Source: Eledone cirrhosa (Eukaryota). Taken from it: a DNA stretch of 64,000 bases. Below are positions 30,119 to 42,234 of the stretch, piece after piece. A model generated the notes under the pieces. That model was not told where the DNA came from and made no database searches. It saw only the letters and a program-made list of their open reading frames with translations. The stretch is taken from the NCBI GenBank assembly GCA_964016885.1, contig OZ024762.1, forward strand, positions 27,094,001 to 27,158,000, read 5' to 3'. Each line of letters starts with the position of its first letter. Position 1 is the first letter of the stretch. Both the position numbers and the translations under genes were made by a program.

Positions 30119-31862
30119 GTGGTCAGGGTGGTGCTGGTGGTGCTGCTGAGGGAGGTGGTGATGAAAGTGGTGGGACGGGGTTGGGGGTGGGACAGTGGTG
30201 AGGGAGGTAGTTATGCGATGTTGGTGAGGGGGTGAGGGGGTGAGCATGTTGTGGTGGGACAGTGGTGAGGGAGGTGGTGGGACGGTGGTGGTGGTGATAA
30301 GGGTCGTGGTGGTTAGGTGCTGGTGGCGGTGGGACGGTGGTGGTGGCGGTGAGGGTGGTGATGGTGCAGGTGGTGGTGGTGGTGCTAGTGCTGGTGCTGG
30401 TGATGGTAGTGGTGGGACTGTGGTGATGGTGCTGGTGGTGGTGGTGGTGCGCTGCTACTGCTGGTGGTGGTGGGACGGTGGTGACGGTGCTACTGGTGGT
30501 GGTGATGCTGGTGGTAGGAGTGTTGCCGGTGGTGGTGGGACAGTGGAGATGGTGGTGGTGGTGGTGGTGGCGATAGTGGTGGTGCTGCTGGTGTGATGGT
30601 GGTGGGACGGTGGTCTTGGTGGTGGTGGTGATAGTGATGGTGGTGGTGTTGGTGATGGTGGTGGTGATAGTGGTGGTGATGGTGATGGTGGTGATGGTGG
30701 TGCTGCTGGTGTGATGGTGGTGGGACGGTGGTCTTGGTGGTGGTGGTGATAGTGATGGTGGTGGTGTTGGTGATGGTGATGATGGTGGTGATGGTGGTGG
30801 GACGGTGGTCTTGGTGGTGGTGGTGATAGTGATGGTGGTGGTGTTGGTGATGGTGGTGGTGATAGTGGTGGTGATGGTGATGGTGGTGATGGTGGTGCTG
30901 CTGGTGTGATGGTGGTGGGACGGTGGTCTTGGTGGTGGTGGTGATAGTGATGGTGGTGGTGTTGGTGATGGTGGTGGTGATGGTGGTGGTGATGGTGATG
31001 GTGGTGATGGTGGTGGTAAATGGTGGTGATGGTGGTGGTAAATGGTGGTGATGGTGATGGTGGTGGTGATGGTGGTGGTGATGGTGGTGGTGGTGGTGGT
31101 GGTGGTGGTGGTGGTGGTGATGGTGATGGTGGTGGTGGTGTTGGTGATGGTGGTGATGGTGGTTATGGTGGTGGTGATGATGGTGGTGGTGGTGGTGATG
31201 GTGGTGGTGATGGTGGTGATGGTGATGGTGATGGTGGTGGTGGTGGTGGTGGTGGTGATGGTGGTGATGGTGGTGATGGTGGTGATGGTGGTGATGGTGG
31301 TGGTGATGATGGTGGTGGTGGTGATGGTGATGGTGGTGGCGGTGGTGGTGGTGGTGGTGATGGTGGTGATGGTGGTGATGGTGGTGGTGATGATGGTGGT
31401 GGTGGTGATGGTGGTGGTGGTGGTGGTGGTGGTGGTGGTGGTGGTGTTGGTGATGATGGTGATGGTGGTGATGGTGGTGGTGATGATGGTGGTGGTGGTG
31501 ATGGTGGTGGTGATGGTGGTGATGGTGATGGTGATGGTGGTGGTGGTGGTGGTGGTGGTGGTGGTGGTGGTGGTGGTGGTGGTGGTGGTGGTGATGGTGG
31601 TGATGGTGGTGATGGTGGTGGTGATGATGGTGGTGGTGGTGATGGTGATGGTGGTGATGGTGGTGATGGTGGTGATGGTGGTGGTGATGATGGTGGTGGT
31701 GGTGATGGTGATGGTGGTGGTGGTGGTGGTGGTGGTGTTGGTGGTGGTGGTGGTGGTGGTGGTGATGGTGGTGGTGGTGATGGTGGTGGTGGTGGTGGTT
31801 GTGGTGGTGGTGGTGGTGGTGATGGTGGTGGTGGTGGTAGTGGAGGTGGTGATGGTGGTGAT
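30119..31862 (+). repeat. (GGT/GAT)n trinucleotide tract with higher-order duplications
   Basis: Sequence composition; poly-H/G/V/P ORFs are artefacts. Confidence 0.95.
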
Positions 31863-32918
31863 GCACTCCCACCTGAGATCAACCGTAAATATCTTCTGGG
31901 CTGAAGTGTAACTCTATAATTTCCATAAGCAATATAAACTTAGCGTGGAATGATTTTATAATGAGACATGTTGTAGGTAGGGAGAGGGTGGGGAGGCGTA
32001 GTGTGGGGTAGGGGGCAGGGGAGAGGGGGGTGTATGTTGTGGTGGTGGGGAAGGATGTTTGTGTTGAAAGTGTTGGTGGCGATGGGGATGAGGAATGGTG
32101 TGGGTGTTGTTGTTGTGTTGGTGATGGTGTTTGTGGTGTTGGTTTCACTACATGAGGAGGGTGCGGTGGTGGTGGTCGTCATTGTTGTCTTATTGGTGTT
32201 GTTGCTGCTGTTCATGGCGGTGTTGTTCTTATTGCTGCTGTTTGTGTTAGTGGTGTCGTTGTTGTTATTGTTGTTATTAGTGCTAATGTTAATGTCTTAT
32301 TGTTGTTGTTATTGCTGGTGATGTTGTTGTTGTTGGTGTTGGTGTTGTTGTTGGTAGTGATTTTGGTATTGTTGTAGTTATTGCTGGTGGTGTTGTTACA
32401 ATTGTTGTAATTATTGTTGTTGTCCGTGTTGGTGGTGTTGGTATTGTTGTTATTGCTGGTGGTTGTTAGCGTTGGTGGTATTGTTGTTGTTAGTGTTGGT
32501 TGTGTTGTTGTTGTCAGTGTTGGTGGCGTTGGTATTGTTGTTGTTACTTCTGATGGTGTTGTTATTGGTGTTGGTGTTCACGGTGGTGTTGAATACAAGA
32601 ATGTCAAAAATTGTAATAAATTCTAAACAACAAAAACAACACCAAAAATAAAAAACAAATTTAAAAAATCAAAAAATAATACACTAAATTATAAAACAAT
32701 ATAAAACAAAATAATGCAAAATAAAATACAACAAACAAGTAAACAAGTGAGAAATGGTGAAAGAGTTGAATGAACGAGCGAAGAAAAACAATATTTTTAA
32801 AGTTTATTGATTTATTCTGAAGAATTAACTTCTGGGAGCAATCATTTGCCTTTCTTCTGACAACTAATACTGACAAAAATAGCTAATTATATTTGCAATG
32901 TTTTGGCTGAGAAGAATA

Positions 32919-32954
<36 letters not shown>

Positions 32955-32967
32955 ATTATTATTATTC

Positions 32968-33010
<43 letters not shown>

Positions 33011-33435
33011 TTTTTTTTTTTGACTGATTGAATTGTTTTAAAGAAACAACTTGAAGTTTCGTACGCATTCTTCGTTTATATATTTATTTATATATTTATT
33101 TATAACTGATTTATGTTTATTTACTCATTTTTTAAAAATTAATTTTGTTTATTTATTCATTTGTTTGTTGTTTGTATGTTTTTGCGTGTGTTTTTTCTGT
33201 GTTTGTGTGTGTGCTTTTTCAAGGTGATGTTGTAGAGAGAAGAGAAAAGTTGTACTTGTGAAAAATGAAACTTAGAAGTTTAGTTTTTTAAGATTTATAT
33301 TTTCCGCTATGCCTTATTTTATTTTAGTCAACGCAACGAATTGGTAGAATCATTAGAAGGTCGTAATAAATGCTTAAACATCTTTAATATATCTGTTCTA
33401 GCTGTCTGTACTCTGAGTTCAAACAACATTGGAAT

Positions 33436-33610
33436 CAAGCAGTGGAGACTTCTGATGTCCTTGGTCCTAGGGCTACCTCCCTACTTACCACCATAGGTGC
33501 TGAGCTGGCCAGCTGCAGGTGTGAGCCTCGCGAGATGGAATGGCTCTTCCAGCACATCTCCCTTACCATCCTCTGGGGAAACGCTTTCCCCATTCTCTCC
33601 GCCGGCACGT
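33436..33610 (+). mobile_element. CRE-type LINE 3' fragment
   Basis: AVETSDVLGPRATSLL...WLFQHISL; homologous to 53900-54050. Confidence 0.7.
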
Positions 33611-33679
33611 GGGACCCAATTTGCTCATAATACAGAGAGATGGGGAGGGCGAGAGAGATGAGGGGTAATGACAATGTGA

Positions 33680-34235
33680 GTTCGGCTCTTCAGTGTTCAG
33701 ACCTGGTGTACATGAGAGATGGCGAGAGTGAGAGAGATGGAGGTGGTGACAGTGGAAGTTCGGCTCTTCTGTGTTCGGACCTGGTGTACATGAGAGATGG
33801 AGGTGGTGACAGTGGGAGTTCGGCTCTTCTGTGTTCGTACCTGGTGTACATGAGAGATGGGGGGGGGGGGTGAGAGAGATGGAGGTGGTGACAGTGGAAG
33901 TTCGGCTCTTCTGTGTTCGGACCTGGTGTACATGAGAGATGGCGAGAGTGAGAGAGATGGAGGTGGTGACAGTGGAAGTTCGGCTCTTCTGTGTTCGGAC
34001 CTGGTGTACATGAGAGATGGGGAGGGTGAGAGAGATGGAGGTGGTGACAGTGGAAGTTCGGCTCTTCTGTGTTCGGACCTGGTGTACATGAGAGATGGCG
34101 AGAGTGAGAGAGATGGAGGTGATGACAGTGGAAGTTCGGCTCTTCTGTGTTCGGACCTGGTGTACATGAGAGATGGGGAAGTAGAGAGAGATGGAGGTGA
34201 TGACAGTGGAAGTTCGGCTCTTCAGTGTTCGGACA
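33680..34235. repeat. 78 bp minisatellite, about 7 units
   Basis: gttcggctct recurs at 33680, 33758, 33818, 33900, 33978, 34056, 34134, 34212. Confidence 0.92.
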
Positions 34236-34283
34236 CATTTGTTGGGAGGTTTCTTGGACTTTTTAATTGCTATTAATTGTGAC

Positions 34284-34476
34284 AGGCGTGGATTGGCAGT
34301 ATCGGTAGAGGGTCTGACACCATGCTTTTCAGCATAGAGTTACGGCTGTTTATGGTCTGAGTTCAAATCCCGCCGAGGTTAGCTTTGCCATTCATCCTCA
34401 CGGGGTCGATAAAATAAAGTACCAGTAATACAATGGGATAATTTCTGACATTGTACCAAAAGTAGAAACAATTAAT
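34284..34476 (+). mobile_element. tRNA-derived SINE with Meta-like core
   Basis: B-box gagttcaaatccc followed by ttcatcctcacggggtcgataaaataaagtaccag; copies at 54236 and 59427. Confidence 0.8.
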
Positions 34477-34600
34477 TGTCACATTTATTAATTAATATAT
34501 TTATATAAGAAAGTTAAATCGTAATCCATTTCAATATAAAGCTACAACTAACATGGTGAACAAACTACCCTTCCAGTAATAAGATCGCTTCTTTATCTAA

Positions 34601-34708
<108 letters not shown>

Positions 34709-35289
34709 CTATCTCTCTCTCTATATATATATATATGAGAAAATCGTGCTGCGGGTTGCTATTAGCAACCCGCAGCACGTTTTTCTCATATTTACACATA
34801 TTTTTTTCCCCGCTGTTACACGTCTATTTCGTTCTTACTGCTTCCTCTTTCTCTGTATCTTTACCCTCTCTAGCAGTCACTCTCTCTGTTAGCCTCTTCC
34901 TCACCCTTCACTCACTCATTCTCTGTTACTACCTCTCCTCCTCCTCCTCCTTCTTCCCGTTTGACCTGTGCGTAATTCTTTTCTTTCGCACCCTTGGTCT
35001 GGCAAGTCGCCTTTTTTCTCTCTCTCTCGTCTACGATTTCACAGAACTTACGTTCACCGAATTCACAGACTAGATCCCTTCTTCCTCCCGTTAGACCTGT
35101 ACGGAATTCCTTCCTTGCTTACATTCCAACCAGGTTTGATGGTCTTTATTCTCTCTCGTTCACGATTTCACCGAATTTAAATTCATAGAAATTTGGGACT
35201 TGACTCCTTCTTCCCCACTTTCTGTTGCTTCACCATTTTGTTTGTTTACACTCACGTCCCGTTTAATTAACCCTGATGGTATCCAATGA

Positions 35290-35598
35290 TGTTGACTTGT
35301 TCTTCTTTTTGGTAAATATCATCTTGGTTAAGAGAGTGGGACTGGCTTTGTGCAGTGCCTTTGCTCACTATAAAAGCTTCACGGCACAGGCATTGCTTTA
35401 TATCTGGAGATCTCTCTGCACTTGTCGTCATGGGCCCAGCACTGTGTGCCAATAATTGTCACAAGTGTAGTGTTTGTATCAGAGTTTTCAAGTCGCTGGC
35501 TGGACTAAAAAGTCACACTCGTTCAGCGCATCGGTAGGGTTTCTCCTACATGGATATAAAGTAGTGGTCGTACTCGAAAACGAGTTGGCAGCTATCAT
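35290..35598 (+). mobile_element. LINE 3' end with C-terminal C2H2 finger (RTE-like); inverted twin at 36977-37297
   Basis: [24 protein letters not shown]; reverse-complement copy 1.4 kb away. Confidence 0.65.
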
Positions 35599-35654
35599 GT
35601 ACATATATATGTATGTATGTAGATACATACATACATAGATACATACATACAGAA

Positions 35655-35981
35655 AAATACAGGAGAAGGAGGACATCTACGGACCATTGATGAGGAGTTT
35701 ACAAATCCAGTATCCAAGATACACCTTTAGCTTCTTACCCATCATTATTGGAGGTACGGGTTATATACCAACCCGCTTGGACCAATGTATAACTGAACTT
35801 GGATTTGCGGAGAAAGAGCTCAACTCCCTAATTCATAGTCTACAAATGGCTGCGATAGCTGGCACCTTCAAAATTTGCAAAACATTCTTGCGATTCAAGG
35901 TATGACAATTTCTATTCTTTTACAACCTTGCCACCAGGAGGGTGGCCGGTCAAAAATATACTCGAAATTAAGAGAAAGAGA
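35655..35981 (+). mobile_element. R4/Dong-like LINE 3' end
   Basis: LMRSLQIQYPRYTFSFLPIIIG...KICKTF, homologous to 43690-43901; preceded by (TACA)n. Confidence 0.75.
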
Positions 35982-36432
35982 TAATATATATATATAGCCA
36001 TTTATATATAAATCAGAAGGGATGCAGTAAAACCCAGTTAAACCATTACTCACCAGAGTACTAGATACTTGGCGTAGAAGAGTGGGTAATATGAAAAATT
36101 CGGGACCCCGACGGCTGAGCTTCCGCCGTTTCAACAGCCATATATATATATATATATATATATTTAAACAAGCAAATTATATAAACATGTAAATATGTTT
36201 TTGAAACGGTGCCCGAGTTTGAAATTAGAAATTATAAAATATTTTAGACTAAAGAAATTTCTAGCCTGATAGTGGGGTTTATAACCCTCGGAGAAATTTC
36301 TTGATTTTAAAATACGGTGAAAGCTTATATTTTCTAATTTCTAATATATATATTTATTTATTTATTTATTTATTAAAATAACAGATTAAAGTTTAGGCCA
36401 AGAATCGCTGCTTTCAATCTTAACGGGATCTT

Positions 36433-36496
<64 letters not shown>

Positions 36497-36504
<8 letters not shown>

Positions 36505-36962
36505 TACAAATATTAATAAAATAGATGTTCTTTTGATCAATTACATTTTATTATACATATTTCTGATGTACAACAGTACGTCCTCATCAGACAAAATATA
36601 ATGATACATGACATACCCTGAGATGTTAAATGGTTAAGATTTAATCAAGGTAGTTTATTAAATCTTGATTAAAGGTAGTTTATTAAAGGTAGTTTATTAA
36701 ATCTTAATTAAATCTTGATTAAATCTTAACCATTTAACATCTCAGGGTATGACATGTATCATTATATTTTGTCTGATGAGGTCGTACTGCTGTACATCCG
36801 AAATATCTATAATAAAATGTAATTGATCAAAAGAACATCTATTTTATTAATATTTGTATTTTAATATTAATAACTCTGGAAAATTATTTACCATAGAGTG
36901 CTTCCAATCTACTGTAAAACTCATTCTTTGATATACTCATTGAATCTTGTTTAACTCTTTAA
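36497..36962. ncRNA. ~150 bp inverted repeat with two hammerheads (- 36545-36597, + 36766-36818) and right-hand tail
   Basis: attttgt-CTGATGA-gg..gtac..gtac..cc-GAAA-tatcta-TA-ataaaat and its mirror. Confidence 0.85.
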
Positions 36963-37343
36963 TATATATATATATATGGTGGCTGCCAACTCGTTTTCGA
37001 GTACGGCCACTACTTTATATCCATGTAGGAGAACCCCTACCGATGCGCTGAACGAGTGTGACGTTTTAGTCCAGCCAGCGACTTGAAAACTCGGGTACAG
37101 TACAAACACTACACTTGTGACAATTATTGACACATAGTGCTGGGCCCATGGTACTATGTGACGACAAGTGTAGAGAGATCTCCAGATATAAAGCAATGCC
37201 TGTGCCGTGAAGCTTTTATAGTGAGCAAAGGCACTGCACAAAGCCAGTCCAACTCTATTAACCAACATGATATTTAACAAAAAGGAGAACAAGTCAAGCT
37301 TGTATATATATATATACATATGTATATATATATATGTATATAC

Positions 37344-37432
<89 letters not shown>

Positions 37433-37460
37433 TGTGTATATATATATATATATATATACA

Positions 37461-37748
<288 letters not shown>

Positions 37749-39299
37749 TCTGTATGTATGTACGTATGTACGTACGTATGCATGCATGCATGTAGGTATG
37801 TATGTATGTATATATGTATGTATGTATATACATATGTATGTATGTATGTATATATATGCCTCCTCAAGGAAACATATCCGATATATCTTTTGTTATTACA
37901 CCTCGTAATTTATCATTTTTTTTTCGTTTTTTTTCATAAATCCATTTTAGATGTAAGCTTTTATTGAAATGGATTATGATTTCACTTTCTTATTTCGGAT
38001 ATGGAATTACGGATATGGAATTGTTTTTGAAAAGACTTTTAGATGTTGATTTCTCTGAAACGGATTATGACCAATCCCTATAATCACGATATTTTTATAG
38101 AAAGATAATTTTAAATTCTAAAAATATTAGGATATTTTATATTCAAAATTTTACATTTAAAATTCAAAAATGCTTTACGATGTTGGTTATTTAAATGCAA
38201 TAATCTAGCATGGAATTTTTAATATATGGATTATTTGTTAATTAAATATTTTAAGAAATTTGAATAATTTGTGCGAAATTGAGTACAGCGCAAGATGAAT
38301 ACTGCATTGTTAAAGTTAATAGGATGTTTGCAGAATGCTCAGTCACTTACACGTTAATTTCATGAGCAGGCTGTTCTGTTGATCTAAGATAACAACTAGA
38401 ACATTCATCCTCGAAATTAACGGAAGTCCATTGATGCTTCTTGTCCAAAAAAATAAACGTCCAGATTTTATAAAATACAGATTATTTTCAAAAAGCCCTT
38501 TCAATGTGGTAGAAAAATATAAAGGGTAAATGATGACAAATAAAACAAAACAAAGTAATATTTTACCCATAATATTTCAACGATATTTCAGAGCTAAACC
38601 CCTTTTTCAAATGTAGAGCTAAAGAAGTTCAAACAAAATGAACGATCGATGTATTCTTCTTTAACTGGCCAACATGAATGAAATACGCATGCGTGAAATC
38701 GTTAGAGTAGACAATCTGCCTCGTGCATTTCCAACCTATTATTTATCTGTGGATTTTTTTCCGGTTGGTAATTATCGCCTCTTTGGTACTTAAGTTACCT
38801 ATATTCCTTTCCAACGCTTTGTACCGGCGTTCTAGAACTTATCGGTCTTTTACTAAATATCTCACTTTGGGACGGGTGAGAGATATATTCTCTTGTGATA
38901 ATAGGTATAGCTTTCATTATGTAAAATCTCCCCATTTTGTCTCATTTCTTCCTGTTTTGGGGCAATTTTTTACATCGTACCCCCGTTTGGGTTTTCAGAG
39001 GTTACCAGGTCTGCAACTATACTACAAATTTTATCACGCAAATTTATCTTGCATCGTTTGTTCCTGATCTCAGTTTCGATGTTCAATTAATCCAACATTC
39101 AAATGTTCATCGTCTACAGCGACGATGGATCCATCAATCATTGTTTGCCAGCATAAATCAACAGAAGTTTCCGTCTGAAAAGTCAACGTGCTATTAACAG
39201 CTGAACTTAAGTTTCACGATTAATTAAGGTTTATTATCGCTTATTATTGAGCAGCAATCAATAAGTGTTAACCAGTTCAATTAATTAAAACCTCACTGT

Positions 39300-40295
39300 T
39301 TTAATTAAGAGCAATTACTAACCCTCATAAATTATTACTGAAAGAAAGCGTTTAATTTTGTCGTTTAGGGTTTGAAATGTAATTGCGAAAGTGTCAAATG
39401 ATGAGCTAACATGAAGCCTCTAGCTACTCTCTCTACCAGCTAGAAATAGGAGTCAAACGACCCTCCAAAAACACTATACGGCCTATGAATTATCACTGAA
39501 TGAAAACATTTATGTGTTTTAATATTGTGAAATTCTTGGCAAACTAGAAATAATTGTTAAATCTCCCTCCAAACAACTTATTGCCAATAAATTATCACTG
39601 AAAAAAAACATTAAGTTATTTTGTTTAATTTTGTGAAATTATTGAATAAGAAGCCAACGAAAAAGCATCTCCTTGACATGCTAGAAATAGGAGTTAAATC
39701 TCCCTCCAAGTGCATCACACTGTCTATGAACTATTACTGAAAGAAAACATTTAATTATGCGGTTTAAAATTGTGGAAAAATAATGACCTGCGTATGCATC
39801 TACCTGCTCTCTTGACCAGCTAGAAATAGGGGTTAAATCTACCTCCAAACACACCTTTCTGCCGTTGAATAATTAGTGGGGGAAAACACATTCAATTATG
39901 TGGTTTAAAGTTGTGAAATTTTTAAATAAGGGGCCAAATAGCTAACGAGGAAACTTCTACATGCTCTCTCGACAAGCTAGAAATAGGAGTTAAATGTCAT
40001 TCCAAGTACACCTGACTCTCGTTGAATTATTTCTGAAAAGAAACATTTAGTTATGTGGTTTAAAGTTGTAAAATTCTTGAATAAGGAGCCAACGAGGAAA
40101 CTTCGACAGGCTCTCTCGATCAGCTAGAAATAGGAGCCAAAGCTCCCTCAAACACACCTCACCGCCTATGAATTAGAATTACTACTGAAAGGAAAGATCT
40201 AATTATGAGGTTTAACGTTGTGAAATTCTTTAATAACGAATCAGCGAGGGAGTTACCACAGGCTCTCTCGACAAGCTAGAAATAAGAGTCACATC
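39300..40295. repeat. Diverged tandem repeat, mostly ~140-155 bp units, about 7 units
   Basis: ctagaaatag motif at ~39440, 39544, 39681, 39820, 39977, 40124, 40276 with shared downstream sequence. Confidence 0.8.
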
Positions 40296-40423
40296 TCCTC
40301 AAATCATGCCATATTTTCTTTAAAAGTAGAAGGATAAAGTCACAGATATTGAAGCAATTGTAACTAGATGACACCATAGTTACTGTAATGAATAACGATG
40401 TAGACTCGCGTCTATATGTTAAC

Positions 40424-40515
40424 ACATATCTGAGGATCTTCCGATTTCAGAGTCAGATTCGATCGTGAATGGATCGTTCCTCGAGCTGATCGACAGTGAA
40501 ATATATGTAATATGT
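40424..40515 (+). ncRNA. Hammerhead ribozyme with long stem II
   Basis: acatat-CTGAGGA-...-GAAA-tatatg-TA-atatgt. Confidence 0.7.
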
Positions 40516-42084
40516 AATTAAATATATATATTTACTAGCAGCTGAGCCCGGTTGTACTCGGGGCTACTCGGGTCCACTTTATATTAAGTTAATAAGTTGG
40601 GGGGCGACGTGAAGGGAGTGGTTTGACAGAGAGACGTTGGGTAGAGTAGGGTTCAAAGATGTTATTGCAGGGCTTCTTTGTAGACAACGTTCCTGGTGTT
40701 TCCCGGGTTACCACAAATGAAGAGATTGTGTGGACTGCCGACGCGGGAGCATCCGACCATAGGAAAATACCTGCTGTGTTAGATTTAGGCCAACCACTTG
40801 CAGCGATTGTCCTTGTGCTTTGTTAATGCTCATTGCAAAGCAGAATTTTATGGGAAACTGCCGTCGCGTAAATTCATACTGGGGACGTCAGAGGAAGTAA
40901 GGCTCATAGGGGAAATTAACCTGGTCACGCCAACAGTGGGTCCGCTCAAAATGGTTGTGCCCAGAATTTGGGTCTTTATTTTTTTTTATGATTAAAAAAC
41001 CTTTAGTTTCAGATCAATCATGAGAAGGAAGTCCTGGAAGTAGTTGACTGTTGAGGAATTCAATTGGGTAGATGACGGCGTCGTCCGCGTTTTTATTGGT
41101 GTCAATCGACTTGAAGGAGACTTCATTTCCGGGAATCTGATCGAGTAGTTTTTGGTTCATCACGTCAACTGTGGCATTGTGTGGTGCCAAAATAGCTCTC
41201 CCTTTGAGTCAGGTGTGATCATGGAATCCTGATTCAAGGTCTGGAAATACAGATGACATTAATTCGTCAATGTTTGACACAAAGTTCCCAAAAGGCAAAC
41301 GGATATGCTCTTCATCCACTCCTGGTGTAGTTCCATTACCAACTTCCAGTAGATGTTTTTGAGAAATCGATGAAGTCTGTGTCACCATGCACATGCATTC
41401 TCATGATGGAGGTCAGATGTAGTTTGTGGACATACTGCCATACGTAGGACGACTTGATGCATGGGTTCACTTCGCCAGCTCTAGTGCCTCTAGTGATGAC
41501 AGGAAGAGTCTATCGGAAATCGCCAGCCAGCAGTACTGTCGCTCCACCCATGACGCGTAAGTTCCGACCCAAGTCCTTGAGAGTTCGATCCAGAGCCTCA
41601 AATGCCGCCTTGTGACTCATGGTAGCCTCGTCCCATGTGATCAGACAGCACTCAGAAAGATGATTTGTTTTAGGGTCACCACGATCTATTCTATATGTAG
41701 GATTCTCCTTCTTTGCAATGTCCAAAGGCAATTTGAATGCGGAGTGTGCCGTACGACCGCCATGTAACAGTGTCGCCGCAATACCACTGGAGACATACTA
41801 TAGAAGCAGTGTAAAAGTATTTCAGGTTAAATACTGAACCACTGAGAGAACGTAGTCGTTTCAGTAAAAAGTTGCATTAAAAAAGAGAGGCATTGAATGT
41901 AGAATTTTAAGCTAAAAGCGAAAAATCAATGTCATTGTTTATGTATAATGAATTGAAAATGCTTCACAAAGAGATGGATATAAAAGTATTTTAGGTTAAA
42001 TAGTATAGGGAGGTGTGTAGGATACATACATACATACATACATACATACATACATACATACATACATACATACATACATACACA

Positions 42085-42184
42085 TTCTTGTGATTCAAGG
42101 GATGACAATTTCTTTTCTTTTACAACCTTGCCACCAGGAAGGTGGCCGGTCAAAAAAAATACTCGAAATTAAGAGAAAGAGAAA
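42085..42184 (+). mobile_element. ~100 bp 3' stub of R4/Dong-like LINE inside (CATA)n
   Basis: Near-identical to 35884-35981; (cata)n on both sides. Confidence 0.75.
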
Positions 42185-42234
42185 ACATACATACATACAT
42201 ACATACATACATACATACATAGAGTCTCTCTCTC

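Noticed and set aside
30490-31911. Poly-His, poly-Gly and extensin-like ORFs (also 46852-48333)
   Set aside because: Stop-free frames of (GGT)n; the second spans an assembly gap
33680-34235. CRISPR-like regular array
   Set aside because: Whole units repeat with no unique spacers, no cas genes, eukaryotic context; it is a minisatellite
41510-41731. Host PIF1 helicase gene
   Set aside because: Intronless, broken by stops and deletions, and bounded by Helitron-type termini
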